In this document: piece after piece, positions 12,313-21,960 of the stretch | How positions within the stretch are numbered: position 1 is the first letter of the stretch | Layout of the letters: every line of letters begins with the position of its first letter | DNA from: Mytilus edulis | Taxonomy: Eukaryota | NCBI RefSeq assembly: GCF_963676685.1 | Contig: NC_092349.1 | Coordinates: 75,970,473-76,034,472 of the forward strand | Direction: 5' to 3' | DNA: 64,000 nt | Program-made: the position numbers and the translations under genes | Notes under the pieces: model-generated | Databases searched by the model: none | What the model was told of the DNA's origin: nothing | Seen by the model: the letters and a program-made list of their open reading frames with translations, nothing else

Positions 12313-14208
12313 TTATATAGCAGTCACTGTGATTTACCTCCCTTGCCACCAGATGACAGTGATTTAGACAGCAATCTTTCTGTCAAAGAAACTGATGGTA
12401 AATATTACACTGCAGTCGCTGTAGACAGTAATGTGAATACAATTAACAAGTATTATGCTCCAGATTTTGACCCTTCATTTAAACTGAATGAGAAGTCTAA
12501 AACAGTACCATCTCAGTTAGTGGATATTCAACCTGATCCATTAAATGCATCTACATCTATGATGTATGAAGCAGAAAAGATAACAAGTACTCAACCTACA
12601 CTTCTGGACTACAATCCACATACAGCAGGTAGCCTAACTGGACCAAATCACTTACCACAACCTCTTAGCTATAGCCATGCTTTCTCTGGATATCAACCAA
12701 CATGGCCACATTATAGGCCAACATCACCATCTTACGAGCCTACAAGTCCTGCTATCCCAGAGTTTCAACCAACATGGCGAAGTTATAGTCCAAATAACTT
12801 ACCACAATCTTTAAGCTCTAGCCATGCTATCCCACAGTATCAACAGACATCACCAAGTTACAGTCCAACATTGCCAACCTACCAGCCAACAAGTCCCGCC
12901 TATTTTATAAAATCATCTCATTTTCTTAAGAATCTTGATGGGAATATGTCTCTCTATGATCCTATAACTAGAGCTATGAAGGAAACAGAGTTAAAATGTA
13001 ATGTTAGAGGATGGGGAGGAGGAAGAAGTGTTAGAGGAATAGGCAGAGGAAGAGGTGTTAGAGGAAGGACAGAAGAAGGTAGAGATGTAAGAGGAGGAGA
13101 AAGCTGGAGAGGCCAGGAATACACTGGTCAATGGCCAAGAGGTAATAGTCAGAGTGGCTGGAATCAGAAAGATGATATAAGAGGGATGGAAAGAAAAAAA
13201 GAGCAAAGAAGTCATAGAAGATTTGATGAACATTTAGATAAGAGGGAGTCTGATAAATCTAAATCTAGGAGTATATCACCTCCAAATAGTAGACGTAGAA
13301 GATCAGGAAAACAATTGCCTCCTTTCAGAAGAGCTAGCAGATCAAGCTCTTACAGGAGACCCAGTAGATCTAGAAGTAGATCTTACAGGAGGCCCAGTAG
13401 ATCTAGAAGTAGATCTTACAGAAGACCCAGTAGATCTAGAAGTAGATCTTACAGGAGACAAAGTAGATCTAGAAGTAGATCTTACAGGAGACCCAGTAGA
13501 TCAAGAAGTAGATCACATTACACCAGAAGAATGAGGAGATCAAGAAGTAGATTGCCAACTTATAAAAGATATAGTAGATCTAGGAGTAGATCAAGACATA
13601 ACAGAAGACATAAGCGAAGTTCTTCTAGATCATTAAGTAGGGAACGAGATAGAGATAAAGGAGAGGGTGGCAACATCAGTGCCAGTAGCCATGATAGGCA
13701 ACTTGAAAGGTCTAGAAGTAAACGATCAAGTCATGTGATATCCAGAAGAAGAAGATTTTCAGGGTCAAAAAGTAGGAGACGATCATCAAGCACAACCTCT
13801 TCAAGGTCAGGAAGGAGAAGTTCAAGATTAATGAGCAGAAGTTTATCAAGGTTAGACAGAAGTTCATCAAAGAAAAAATCGAGAAGGTCAGGAAACTTAA
13901 GTAAAGTGAAACAAGTGACTAGCAGAAGTACCTCAAGATCAATATCCAGAACAAGACAATCCAGACAATCAAGATGGTCTGAACTTTCACCTGCAAGATC
14001 CAATGAAATATGGAGTTCAAGATTGGAGATGTTGGCAAAATCTGATTATGATGGCTTTATGAAAGCAAAGAGAGATTTAGTTTCTTATGAAAGTACAAGT
14101 CCATCACCTTTTAAAGATAACATATCAAAACGTAGAACAGATGATGAGAGAAAACAGCAGGGACATCCCTACCTATCTTCTTATCAAGACATAACTGAAG
14201 GTAACTAG
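12313..14208 (+). CDS. Large exon of about 630 codons. It holds degenerate RNA polymerase II CTD-like heptads (YQPTWPH, YRPTSPS, YEPTSPA, YSPTLPT, YQPTSPA), an RGG-like block, and a long Arg/Ser (RS) domain with the tandem unit SRSRSRSYRRPSR. The product is an SR-related protein.
   Basis: The ORF in the six-frame track is 621 aa (12343-14208). It is open back to the acceptor ctttttttcag (AG 12311-12312). The stop is TAG at 14206-14208, overlapped by a possible donor AAG|GTAACT at 14201. The heptads and RS dipeptide runs were read directly. Confidence 0.75.
   Translation, partial: LYSSHCDLPPLPPDDSDLDSNLSVKETDGKYYTAVAVDSNVNTINKYYAPDFDPSFKLNEKSKTVPSQLVDIQPDPLNASTSMMYEAEKITSTQPTLLDYNPHTAGSLTGPNHLPQPLSYSHAFSGYQPTWPHYRPTSPSYEPTSPAIPEFQPTWRSYSPNNLPQSLSSSHAIPQYQQTSPSYSPTLPTYQPTSPAYFIKSSHFLKNLDGNMSLYDPITRAMKETELKCNVRGWGGGRSVRGIGRGRGVRGRTEEGRDVRGGESWRGQEYTGQWPRGNSQSGWNQKDDIRGMERKKEQRSHRRFDEHLDKRESDKSKSRSISPPNSRRRRSGKQLPPFRRASRSSSYRRPSRSRSRSYRRPSRSRSRSYRRPSRSRSRSYRRQSRSRSRSYRRPSRSRSRSHYTRRMRRSRSRLPTYKRYSRSRSRSRHNRRHKRSSSRSLSRERDRDKGEGGNISASSHDRQLERSRSKRSSHVISRRRRFSGSKSRRRSSSTTSSRSGRRSSRLMSRSLSRLDRSSSKKKSRRSGNLSKVKQVTSRSTSRSISRTRQSRQSRWSELSPARSNEIWSSRLEMLAKSDYDGFMKAKRDLVSYESTSPSPFKDNISKRRTDDERKQQGHPYLSSYQDITEGN
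13330..13545 (+). repeat. Coding minisatellite: 39-bp unit (agtagatctagaagtagatcttacaggagaccc), about 5 copies, encoding repeated SYRRPSRSRSRSY.
   Basis: Near-identical 39-mers lie in tandem inside the RS domain of the 12313-14208 exon. Confidence 0.8.
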
Positions 14209-14214
14209 TAAATA

Positions 14215-14460
14215 CAATTGAGAATGGAAATCCGGAATGTGTCAAAGAAACATCAAACCAGATCCAAGAGCAGAAAAAATCAGAAGGCCACCAATGGGTC
14301 TTCAATTCAGGGGGAAAAGCCTGCACCTAAAAATATGTATTAGTTGAATTTAGTTCAGTGATAATGAACGTCATACTAAACTCTAAAATATGAGGCGGGT
14401 TAAACATTCTTTTTAAGATCTTAACCCTCCTCCTGTACCTCTAGCCAATGTAGAAAAAAC
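14215..14460 (+). repeat. Family E interspersed repeat (aggccaccaatgggtcttcaat.cag...tagttcagtgataatg.acgtcatactaaactc). A second copy lies at 58320-58560.
   Basis: Shared blocks of 20 to 30 nt appear in the same order at both loci. Confidence 0.65.
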
Positions 14461-14809
14461 AAACACACAGCTATATGCACAGTAAAATTCAGTTTAAAAG
14501 ATGTCAGAATAGCTTCAATAGGTAACAAAAGAAACTAAACAAACTGACAATATTAATGATATATAAAATAACAAAGGACTACATTGTACTAGCAATTACT
14601 GACATGCCAGCTCCAGACCTTAATTAAACTGATTGAAAGATTATGTCTTCATCGTATGCATATCAAGCACAATCCCTCCCATTAGGGGTTTAATATCATA
14701 CCATCATAAAATATATGACAAAAACATAATCATGCCAACAACTGGTTTTAGAATACATGTGTTTATTCCATATTGACAAAACTTTCGTAGGTTTTTATAC
14801 ACCGGTTTA

Positions 14810-15440
14810 CAGGACGTTTTTTATACTGTTGTCCGTCTGTACGTCGTCAACATGTTGGACATTAACTCAAAAATGCTTTAATCAACTTGCGTAAAACTTT
14901 GGTGAAATGTATTTATCTATTGACGTGAGCTCCCTTTCGTTTTTTATAAATTTTAGATTTTACATTTTCAAGTTATGGGGTTTTATTCATTAAAAAAAGG
15001 GAGATTTTCCAGTTGTCAGACATTAACTCAAGAATGCTTTCACCAACTTGCCAGAAATTGTGGTGAATTGTTTATATTATCTATTGCATTGAGCTCCCTT
15101 TTGATTTTTATAGCTTTAAGATTGTACCTTTCCGAGTTACAGGGTTTTATTTATGAAAACAGAAGGGATTTTCCAGTTTTAGACAAAAACTCAAAACGGC
15201 TTTCAGCAGTTCTTTTGAAACTTTGGTGATTTGTTTATATCTATTGAACAACGCTCCCTTAAGAATTTTATACGTTTTACATTTATGAGTAATGGGGTTT
15301 TTATTCATTAAAAAGGGGGGGATTTTCCAGTTTTTGGACAATCAAAAATGCTGTCAGCCAGCCATTCTAATGAAACATTGGTGAATTGTTTATATCTATT
15401 GATTTAAGCTCCCTTTGGATTTTCATAAATTTCTAATATG
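14810..15440. repeat. Satellite-like tandem array: ~147-bp unit, about 4.3 copies (gggattttccagtt..agaca..aactcaa.aa.gcttt...ttggtga.ttgtttatat.tattg...gagctccctt).
   Basis: The periodicity is visible at 14996, 15166, 15315 (gggattttccagtt) and 14895, 15050, 15250, 15395 (gagctccctt). Confidence 0.7.
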
Positions 15441-16524
15441 ACATCGAGAAGTAATTGAACCTTATTTGTTTATAGTCTGACAACAAATTTACTTAGTATT
15501 GCGCAACAGCACAGTGTATTGCACAACAGCAAAAAATCTTTAATTGAATATAAATTCAATTCATATAACCAATTTCAAGTTCTTTGACTACATTTATTCA
15601 GAAACCTATAATATGTCAAATATTTAATTATAATCCAAATTCAGCCCCGTATCATGCTTGAGTATTGTGTCCATTTTTGCCGCAACTGTTCAGGGTTGGA
15701 CCTATGCAAGCATATTCAGCTGTGCTCATTGAAGCAGTTCATTCCATATTAGTGGGACTTTGAAAAAATAAGCATATTCACCTCGGGAAAAAGTATATTC
15801 ACCTCGCAAAACGTCACTTCAGTAAATGTTTTATTAGATGGGGATAGGGAAAACACTGGTAAAATAATTTTTCAGCAATAGTAAGATTATTTTGATGAAT
15901 TGCCATAAAATCTATTAATTTTATTAATTTGGTAGTCAAATATTTGCTCTTTGAGGTCTGTGTGATAGGAAAAAGAGGTAAACCCTAATCTCTAAAGCAC
16001 TAAATTATTTTGTCAAATCCTATAGATGAACTAATTGTACAATTAACTTTATTTTTAAGACACACCAAGGCACCTTTTGGAAAAGAGTAAAGTAAGTTTT
16101 TTGAATTTCATCTATGTATTTCCATTCTTAATTTTATGAGCACATTTAGCACACCAGATGATGAGTTCTTTATATACTGGATATTGAATATCCTTTTTAC
16201 TGGTATTTTAATTTCCATGAAAAGTAATTGTACTATATACATGTAATAATATTATCTGGAAACTTTAGTGCAGAAAGGTCACTTGTTGTGATGTTGTAAT
16301 ATAGTTTTATTTTGCATAATAGAACATACCCCCACAAAAATATAGATTCTTATATTTTGATTCTTGAGTTACAGTAAAAATCTAAATGCTTTTATATATT
16401 ATATAATCTGTCATTCTGGTCTAGAAATTTAAGACATAGTTTGGATGCAATGTAAAAACTTTCATTGCATCATGATTTTCTAAATTTAGATTTGGAGGCA
16501 TGAAGAAGTAGGAGAAATGCACAG

Positions 16525-16900
16525 TTGTCCTCCACCAATGGAGAAACATATCATTATAAAAGTAAGTAACAAAACGTCATGACAATAATCCTCCACCAAT
16601 GGAAAAACATATCATTATAAAAGTAAGTAACAAAACGTCATGACAATGACCAACAAATAAGTAACTTGTTAACAAGTTCAAACAATATAGCTAGCACAAA
16701 CCATGACCATTGTCAATAAAGTAAGTAACCTATCAATCTGTCCACACACTATAGCTAGCACAAACCATGACCATTGTCAATAAAGTAAGTAACCAATCAA
16801 ACTGTCCACACTTTATAGCTAGCACAATAAGGGATGCTTAAACTCTGACCATGGTCACAAAGGTAAGTAACAAGTCAACCTGTACATACACTATATAACT
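16525..16900. repeat. Two adjacent short tandem arrays (~61-62-bp units), each unit containing the motif aagtaagtaac.
   Basis: 16530-16590 is nearly identical to 16591-16650. The 16690-16870 array repeats agctagcacaa.ccatgaccattgtcaataaagtaagtaacc.atcaa.ctgtccacac. three times. Confidence 0.7.
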
Positions 16901-16907
16901 ATAGCAC

Positions 16908-17190
16908 TATGTTAAGGTGGTACCTAACACTTTAACTAAAATTAATTTGGCTCGTTTAATTTTCTTAAAATTTTGACAAAGTGTTTACTTTGACCCTTTG
17001 ACAAAAATATAAAAATTTCAAAAAATTTGAACCAACCAATTAATCAGAAAAATTACACTGGTAAAATAGCAGTTTGACAAACACTTATTTTGATCATTGA
17101 GAAGCTTAATATTCCCTCATGAACACAATGTCATTAAAACGTTCTGCTGATTTTACAGAGTTATCTCCCTGTAGTGTTAGGTACCACCTT
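16908..17190. mobile_element. MITE of about 283 bp with perfect 21-bp TIRs (gttaaggtggtacctaacact / agtgttaggtaccaccttaac).
   Basis: The TIRs are read directly at both ends. The interior is AT-rich with no ORF. Confidence 0.75.
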
Positions 17191-17965
17191 AAACCATCAC
17201 CATTGTCATGTAAGCAACAAACCTAATGACACACGTAAGCCAAAGACGCACAGTCTTCAGCAATAGACAGCTGTCTTTGAAATTCTCACAGTTGCTTTTG
17301 GGTTTTTTCTACCCAATAAACATATTCTATACACATTGACATGTTAATTTAATGCATTGTGTATCAATGCCTAATGGTAAAGCCTTTGCCTTTGGTCAAA
17401 TTTAGATATTGATGACTAAATCTCACAATAATGTATGTTTAAAAAAATCAAAATTATGAATACTCGTATACCTGTCGATTTTTTTTACAAATAAACATCT
17501 GTTTCATGTCATTTTTATGTTCCATGTAGATTTATAATACTTTTTAATTTTTCAATTCAAGAAGCCAAAAAGTTGCCTTTCATATCTTCTTCATGGCTGA
17601 TTAAATCTTTCTTGATAGATTTTTTTTTACAAGGCTGATAGTGCCTTCAAAATACAGAAAATAATTTGACAACTAGTTTTTTATTTGGTTTTTATTTTGA
17701 ACAAATTAAATCATTGGAATTTATGCATAAATTAACAACAAATTATTTCATGATGAGAAAAAAAAGAAGGAAAATAAGTGCCACCAAGTGTATATCCAAG
17801 AAAGGTTTGAATTCTGACTCTTTTAATAATACAAATAGTTCCGCTTGAATACTTTTCATTATTTTAAGGGAATGATTTTTTTTTAGCCAAATTCTTGCTG
17901 ACATCTGATCTTAGTACAATGTATTGAGAATTCTATTTTTCACTAACAATCTCCTTTTGTTTCAG

Positions 17966-18164
17966 CTTCAATCTTTAGGAATTGACAGTAATACTATAAA
18001 ATTCCACACAGTTACTATGGAGTCTGATAAATATATATGTGTCAGAGAAAACAACCAGCTGATCATATTTAACATAGATAATCCCAAACATCCATACAGA
18101 ACACCAGTACAGGCGGACTCCTGTATCGTCAATCCCAGAAAACAACATATTGTAGCAGTAAGAT
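17966..18164 (+). CDS. CLTC: Clathrin heavy chain exon (LQSLGIDSNTIKFHTVTMESDKYICVRENNQLIIFNIDNPKHPYRTPVQADSCIVNPRKQHIVAVR, ends phase 1).
   Basis: This matches the conserved clathrin heavy chain N-terminus [31 protein letters not shown]...[21 protein letters not shown]. Acceptor ttttgtttcag (AG 17964-17965) and donor AGAT|GTGAGT (GT 18165-18166). Confidence 0.85.
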
Positions 18165-18165
18165 G

Positions 18166-18512
18166 TGAGTTTTATTGCCCCATCTACAACAGTAGAGGGG
18201 CATTATGTTTTCTGGTCTGTGGGTCCATTCATTTATTAGTCCATCCTTCCATTCCTATATCGTACCGTCTGTCCCGCTTCAGGTTAAAGTATTTGGTCAA
18301 GGTATTTTTTTTAAGTTGAAGTCCAATCAGTCCAATCAACTTGAAACTTAGTACACATGTTCCCTATGATATGCTCTTTCTAATTTTAATATCAAATTAG
18401 AGTTTTAATCCCAATTTCACATTCCACTGAACAAAGTGTGAGTGGTGCATCTGTGTACTATGGACACATTCTTGTTAGATACAATAGATTACAATTTAAT
18501 GCCATGGTAAAA
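18166..18512 (+). mobile_element. Family C MITE copy: head ..gccccatctacaacagtagaggggcat, a (CCGT/CCAT)n-like core, then caggttaaagt.tttggtcaaggta...gtccaatcaacttgaaacttagtacacatgt...gtgtactatggacacattcttgtt. It is inserted directly after the clathrin exon donor.
   Basis: Other copies lie at 18757-18885 (partial), 20684-20862 (3' half), 33470-33592 (internally deleted) and 50118-50582 (with an internal duplication). Confidence 0.8.
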
Positions 18513-18756
18513 AAAGAAAAAAACAACCAAAGGCAAACAACACAGTACACAAATTACAACATAGTCCATCAGTTTTGCTGTTTCCTTTAAAGATTGAAAA
18601 AATACCAAGATGAATGTCAATTCCATGGTATATTTTCTCTTTAAGATCTTTAGACTATAAAGCTTTAAAATGTCCACACAATCATTCCCTTGTCAGAAGA
18701 TATCAGTTTAATTATCCCATGTACTCTACCGCTCTTCGTTACTATTCTAGTATATT

Positions 18757-18885
18757 TATTATGCCCCAATTATGGGCATTATGTTTTCTGGTCTGTGGGT
18801 CCATTTCTCCGTTCGTTCGTTCGTCCATCTGTCCATCCCTCCGTTCATCCCGCTTCAGGTTAAAGTTTTTGGTCAAGGTAGTTTT
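18757..18885 (+). repeat. Family C MITE, partial copy (tgccccaattatgggcat...(tccgttcgttcg)n...caggttaaagtttttggtcaaggtagttttt).
   Basis: Same head, simple-repeat core and following block as at 18166 and 50118. Confidence 0.7.
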
Positions 18886-20207
18886 TAATGAAGTTAAAGA
18901 ACACCTAAATGTCAAATAAACTTAATGCAATTTTTTCCCCTCCAATTGCAAGTTATTTCAAGCATAACTGTCAAGTTTTGTCTCAGTCAGAACTATAGTT
19001 TCAGAGAAAATCACTATAATGTAAGGCCATATCCTACGGCAATTTCAGTCCAATTTCTTCGAAAAATCCTAATTTCAGTGTATCATTATAAAATGCAGTG
19101 TTGACTAATATCTGATCATAAACTCATGATATATGCATTCAAACAATTAAATAGAATACAAAAGACAACTTTAAGATGATAAACAATTTTATTGCACCTT
19201 TTAGAGTTCATTTGAAGGTCTGTTTTGGTCTGTTTTGGTCCATTTTTCCTCCTTCCTTCCTTTTTCATCAAAACTTGATATCTTTTGTCTAAAAAATAAA
19301 ACAAATGGGATTATTTTCCCACAAAAATGAAATAAATGTAATGTTAAATCAATAATTAAAGTGTTTTAGCTGAAAGAACTGTCTCTATAAATGTTAACAG
19401 TCTACACGGAAGTTTCTATAAGCCCTTATGTGTAACTTGAGTTTTTGGTCTGTTCCCCTAGTGTGAGAAATAACGGTTCCCTTTCAGTCAAGCATTTATT
19501 GCTACTGGTATCAAAGTCTTTTTATTTACTCATAACAGTATATTTCTAATAGATTTACACAAAAAGTCCACTTTCTTGTATTTTACGTTAGAAAATGGGG
19601 AGAAAGAGTAATAAAAAAATACCTCAAAATGTTTTTAAAAAGGGTTATGTCCCTTGGAATGCTGGTACAAAAAATAATTAGTAAGAATTATAAAGTTTAA
19701 GTATGTGAGACTGGATTCTGATGTGTATAAATCCAGGACAAATAAGTGTTTAGATGAGTTATTGTCTGTGCAAAATGTAGACGGCACAATGGCAAATTGT
19801 TAACTTTTGCGGCCAAAACAAAACAAAAACATGATGATAGTTGATACATACTTTAATGCTGAAGTGTCATCTGCAGACCAATTCACATATAAGATTTTTC
19901 AACAGAATGCTCTTCAGAACATGGTTAACACTGAAATAAAAAATTCACATGTTGTATAAACAAAACAAAAACTGTAACTGTAAGGGTAATTTAAAATTTA
20001 ACACAGTAATCTAAATACAGCTTCGTCTGTCCACCCATTTGACTAAGAAAACACCTGTAAACCCCCATTTCAATGCAATTTTACCTCAAACGTACTTTCT
20101 GTGTCTAAATCCATTCCGAATAGTCCATGTTTACAATGTATGAACTGGTTTATTAATAACTTTTAAAAATGAAAGTACAATAGGGTCACGAGTGCACACT
20201 TAGTTTC

Positions 20208-20683
20208 CCTAAATAGGTGTAATACCACCATTGATTTTTCCCTATTAGTCTTTGTTAAATTGGCACTTTTAAAAAAATCGTATAGTATTTACCTTTATTT
20301 CAACCAAAGAAATACTTTGCATGTGTAAAGTTCAATCCTTTCCAGTGATACAGTGAAAATTTCACACTACATTTCATTGCATATAAGAAAGTAACCACCG
20401 CCGAGGGTAGACAACCCAATTTTTACACTGTTATTTACTGGTTACCTGCTTTGGTAACTATGTAACCTTAACGTTCCAAAATATTTTATAAGACCATCAA
20501 ATAAAAAAAGAATGATGCTTTCAGACACCCAACATACATATTTAAGACTCAGAAAAATTTAAGTGCATTGAAATGCAGGGTTAATTTTCTACAACTGTCA
20601 AATTCAAGGGAATATTTTTTTAGGCCTACTTTCGTATGCAACCGGATGTGACGTACCATGATTTGGTGGTATTACACCTAAAG
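20208..20683. mobile_element. Family F MITE (~476 bp) with perfect 15-bp TIRs (aggtgtaataccacc / ggtggtattacacct). A second copy lies at 57012-57472.
   Basis: The two copies align end to end, with a shared internal block ctacaactgtcaaattcaagggaatattttttt.g.cctactttcgtat.caaccggatgtgacgtaccatgatttggtggtattacacct. Confidence 0.8.
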
Positions 20684-20862
20684 TCCAATCAACTTGAAAC
20701 TTAGTACACATGTACCTTGTGATATGATCTTTCTAATTTTAATGCCAAATTAGAGATTTTCCCCTTTTTTTACGGTCCATTGAACATAGAATATGATATT
20801 GCAGATGGGGCATCTGTGTACTATGGACACGTTCTTGTTTTAGTATGATCTGAGATAGACTA
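20684..20862 (+). repeat. Family C MITE 3' half, directly adjoining the family F MITE (nested or adjacent insertion).
   Basis: aaagtccaatcaacttgaaacttagtacacatgtaccttgtgatatgatctttctaattttaatgccaaattagag...ggcatctgtgtactatggacacgttcttgtttt. Confidence 0.7.
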
Positions 20863-20978
20863 TCATAGATCCAATTTGCAATGGGTACATGTATCTTATA
20901 TTAATAAGTTTTTTGTCGAATTTATGCCAATTCTCATCAGATTTATATATATCATGTTTATATGAATTTTACATACAG

Positions 20979-21128
20979 GTGGCAAAACTATACAACTATA
21001 TGATTTACATAACAAGTTGAAGATAAAGGGATACCAGATGGAGGAAGATGTCAAGTTTTGGACCTGGATTTCTGATGATGCTGTTGCTATGGTGACAGAT
21101 AAATCAGTTTATTTGTATAATCATTCAG
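20979..21128 (+). CDS. CLTC: Clathrin heavy chain exon (CGKTIQLYDLHNKLKIKGYQMEEDVKFWTWISDDAVAMVTDKSVYLYNHS, phase 1 in and phase 1 out).
   Basis: Matches [51 protein letters not shown]. Acceptor acatacag (AG 20977-20978) and donor CAG|GTAGAC (GT 21129-21130). Confidence 0.85.
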
Positions 21129-21169
21129 GTAGACTGCTATGAAATTTTGCTAAATATTACATTAATTAT

Positions 21170-21480
21170 ACCCGCACTTCAAAAAAGTGGGGTATGCTGT
21201 ATTATCTCTGTCTGTCCATTCATTTGTCCATCTGTCAGTCCGTCCTTTCAATGAATATTTTTCGCACGCATCTTTCTCAGGAGCCACATTACAAGGATTT
21301 CTGAAATTGAGTTTCCCGGTTTATATAAGTCAACTTTTCCATGTGATGTGTTTTCAGATTCCTCACTCAACAACTTCCTGTTTACCAAATATTTGGGCGG
21401 GGGTATCATCAGTGAGCAGTAGCTTGCAGTTTCATTTGTTTAACAAGCACAGAGAGACATTATTCGATATGTAATTGAGA
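21170..21480. repeat. Intronic repeat related to family C (ctgtccattcatttgtccatctgtcagtccgtcc simple core).
   Basis: The core motif resembles the family C simple-repeat centre. The ORF at 21187-21474 here is not supported as coding. Confidence 0.4.
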
Positions 21481-21639
21481 GGGAGAGGATGGGGTCTCAT
21501 CCTGAAATCTTGAGAGAAAAAAATGACAGATCTCAAAAATTTTCATGTGATTAGTGTGTCTGTTCCTGCATCATGATCTAATTATTGCAAACCAAATGTA
21601 ACTTTTCCACAAAACCATCTCCTATTGGTCAATCTATTT

Positions 21640-21960
21640 AACTTGTGTAAGCTCTATTGTCCCATTGAATAAATACAATAGCTATTGTGGGGGGTGGGGT
21701 AGGAGGGGTCCTGATCCTGAAATCCCAGGCTTAAAAACATGAAATCCTGAGGTCCCGAATTTAAATAAATTTAAATCCTGACATCCAAAAATTCGAAATT
21801 AGAATTTCTGGATCCAGAAAGAGTCTATCCCGAAATCCCAAGCTTAAAAACACCTGATCCTGAAGTCCTGATAAAAGTCCTATCCCCCCTCTATTGTTTT
21901 CTGTGTAGTTTATTCAATGGGAACTTTAAATTTCTTCTAAGAAAAATCCATCACTCATTG
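21640..21960. mobile_element. Foldback element with inverted ends (ctctattgtcccattgaataaatacaatagc ... ctattgttttctgtgtagtttattcaatgggaac). Its interior repeats gatcctgaaatccc(a/g)ggcttaaaaaca.ctgatcctga(a/g)gtcc. Related in sequence to 32150-32400 and 3646-4512.
   Basis: The ends are visibly inverted. The internal motif recurs at 21700-21860 and again, reverse-complemented, at 32160-32400. Confidence 0.6.

Noticed and set aside
12991-14003. Minus-strand ORFs (12991-13233, 13731-14003) inside the SR/CTD-like exon.
   Set aside because: They are antisense low-complexity frames of the RS/RGG repeats. The plus-strand frame is far longer and its motifs are coherent.
14200-14208. A possible splice donor AAG|GTAACT overlapping the stop codon of the large SR/CTD-like exon.
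   Set aside because: No downstream exon in a compatible phase was found before the family E repeat and the satellite. The in-frame TAG 6 nt later is the simpler reading, and the donor is kept only as a note in the feature.
17924-17965. An in-frame ATG 14 codons upstream of the first clathrin exon (MRILFFTNNLLLFQ). This is exactly the length of the canonical MAQILPIRFQEHLQ N-terminus.
   Set aside because: The peptide shares no similarity with the extremely conserved clathrin N-terminus. The stretch is a textbook polypyrimidine tract plus AG acceptor (ctccttttgtttcag), so it is intron sequence. The true first exon is elsewhere.
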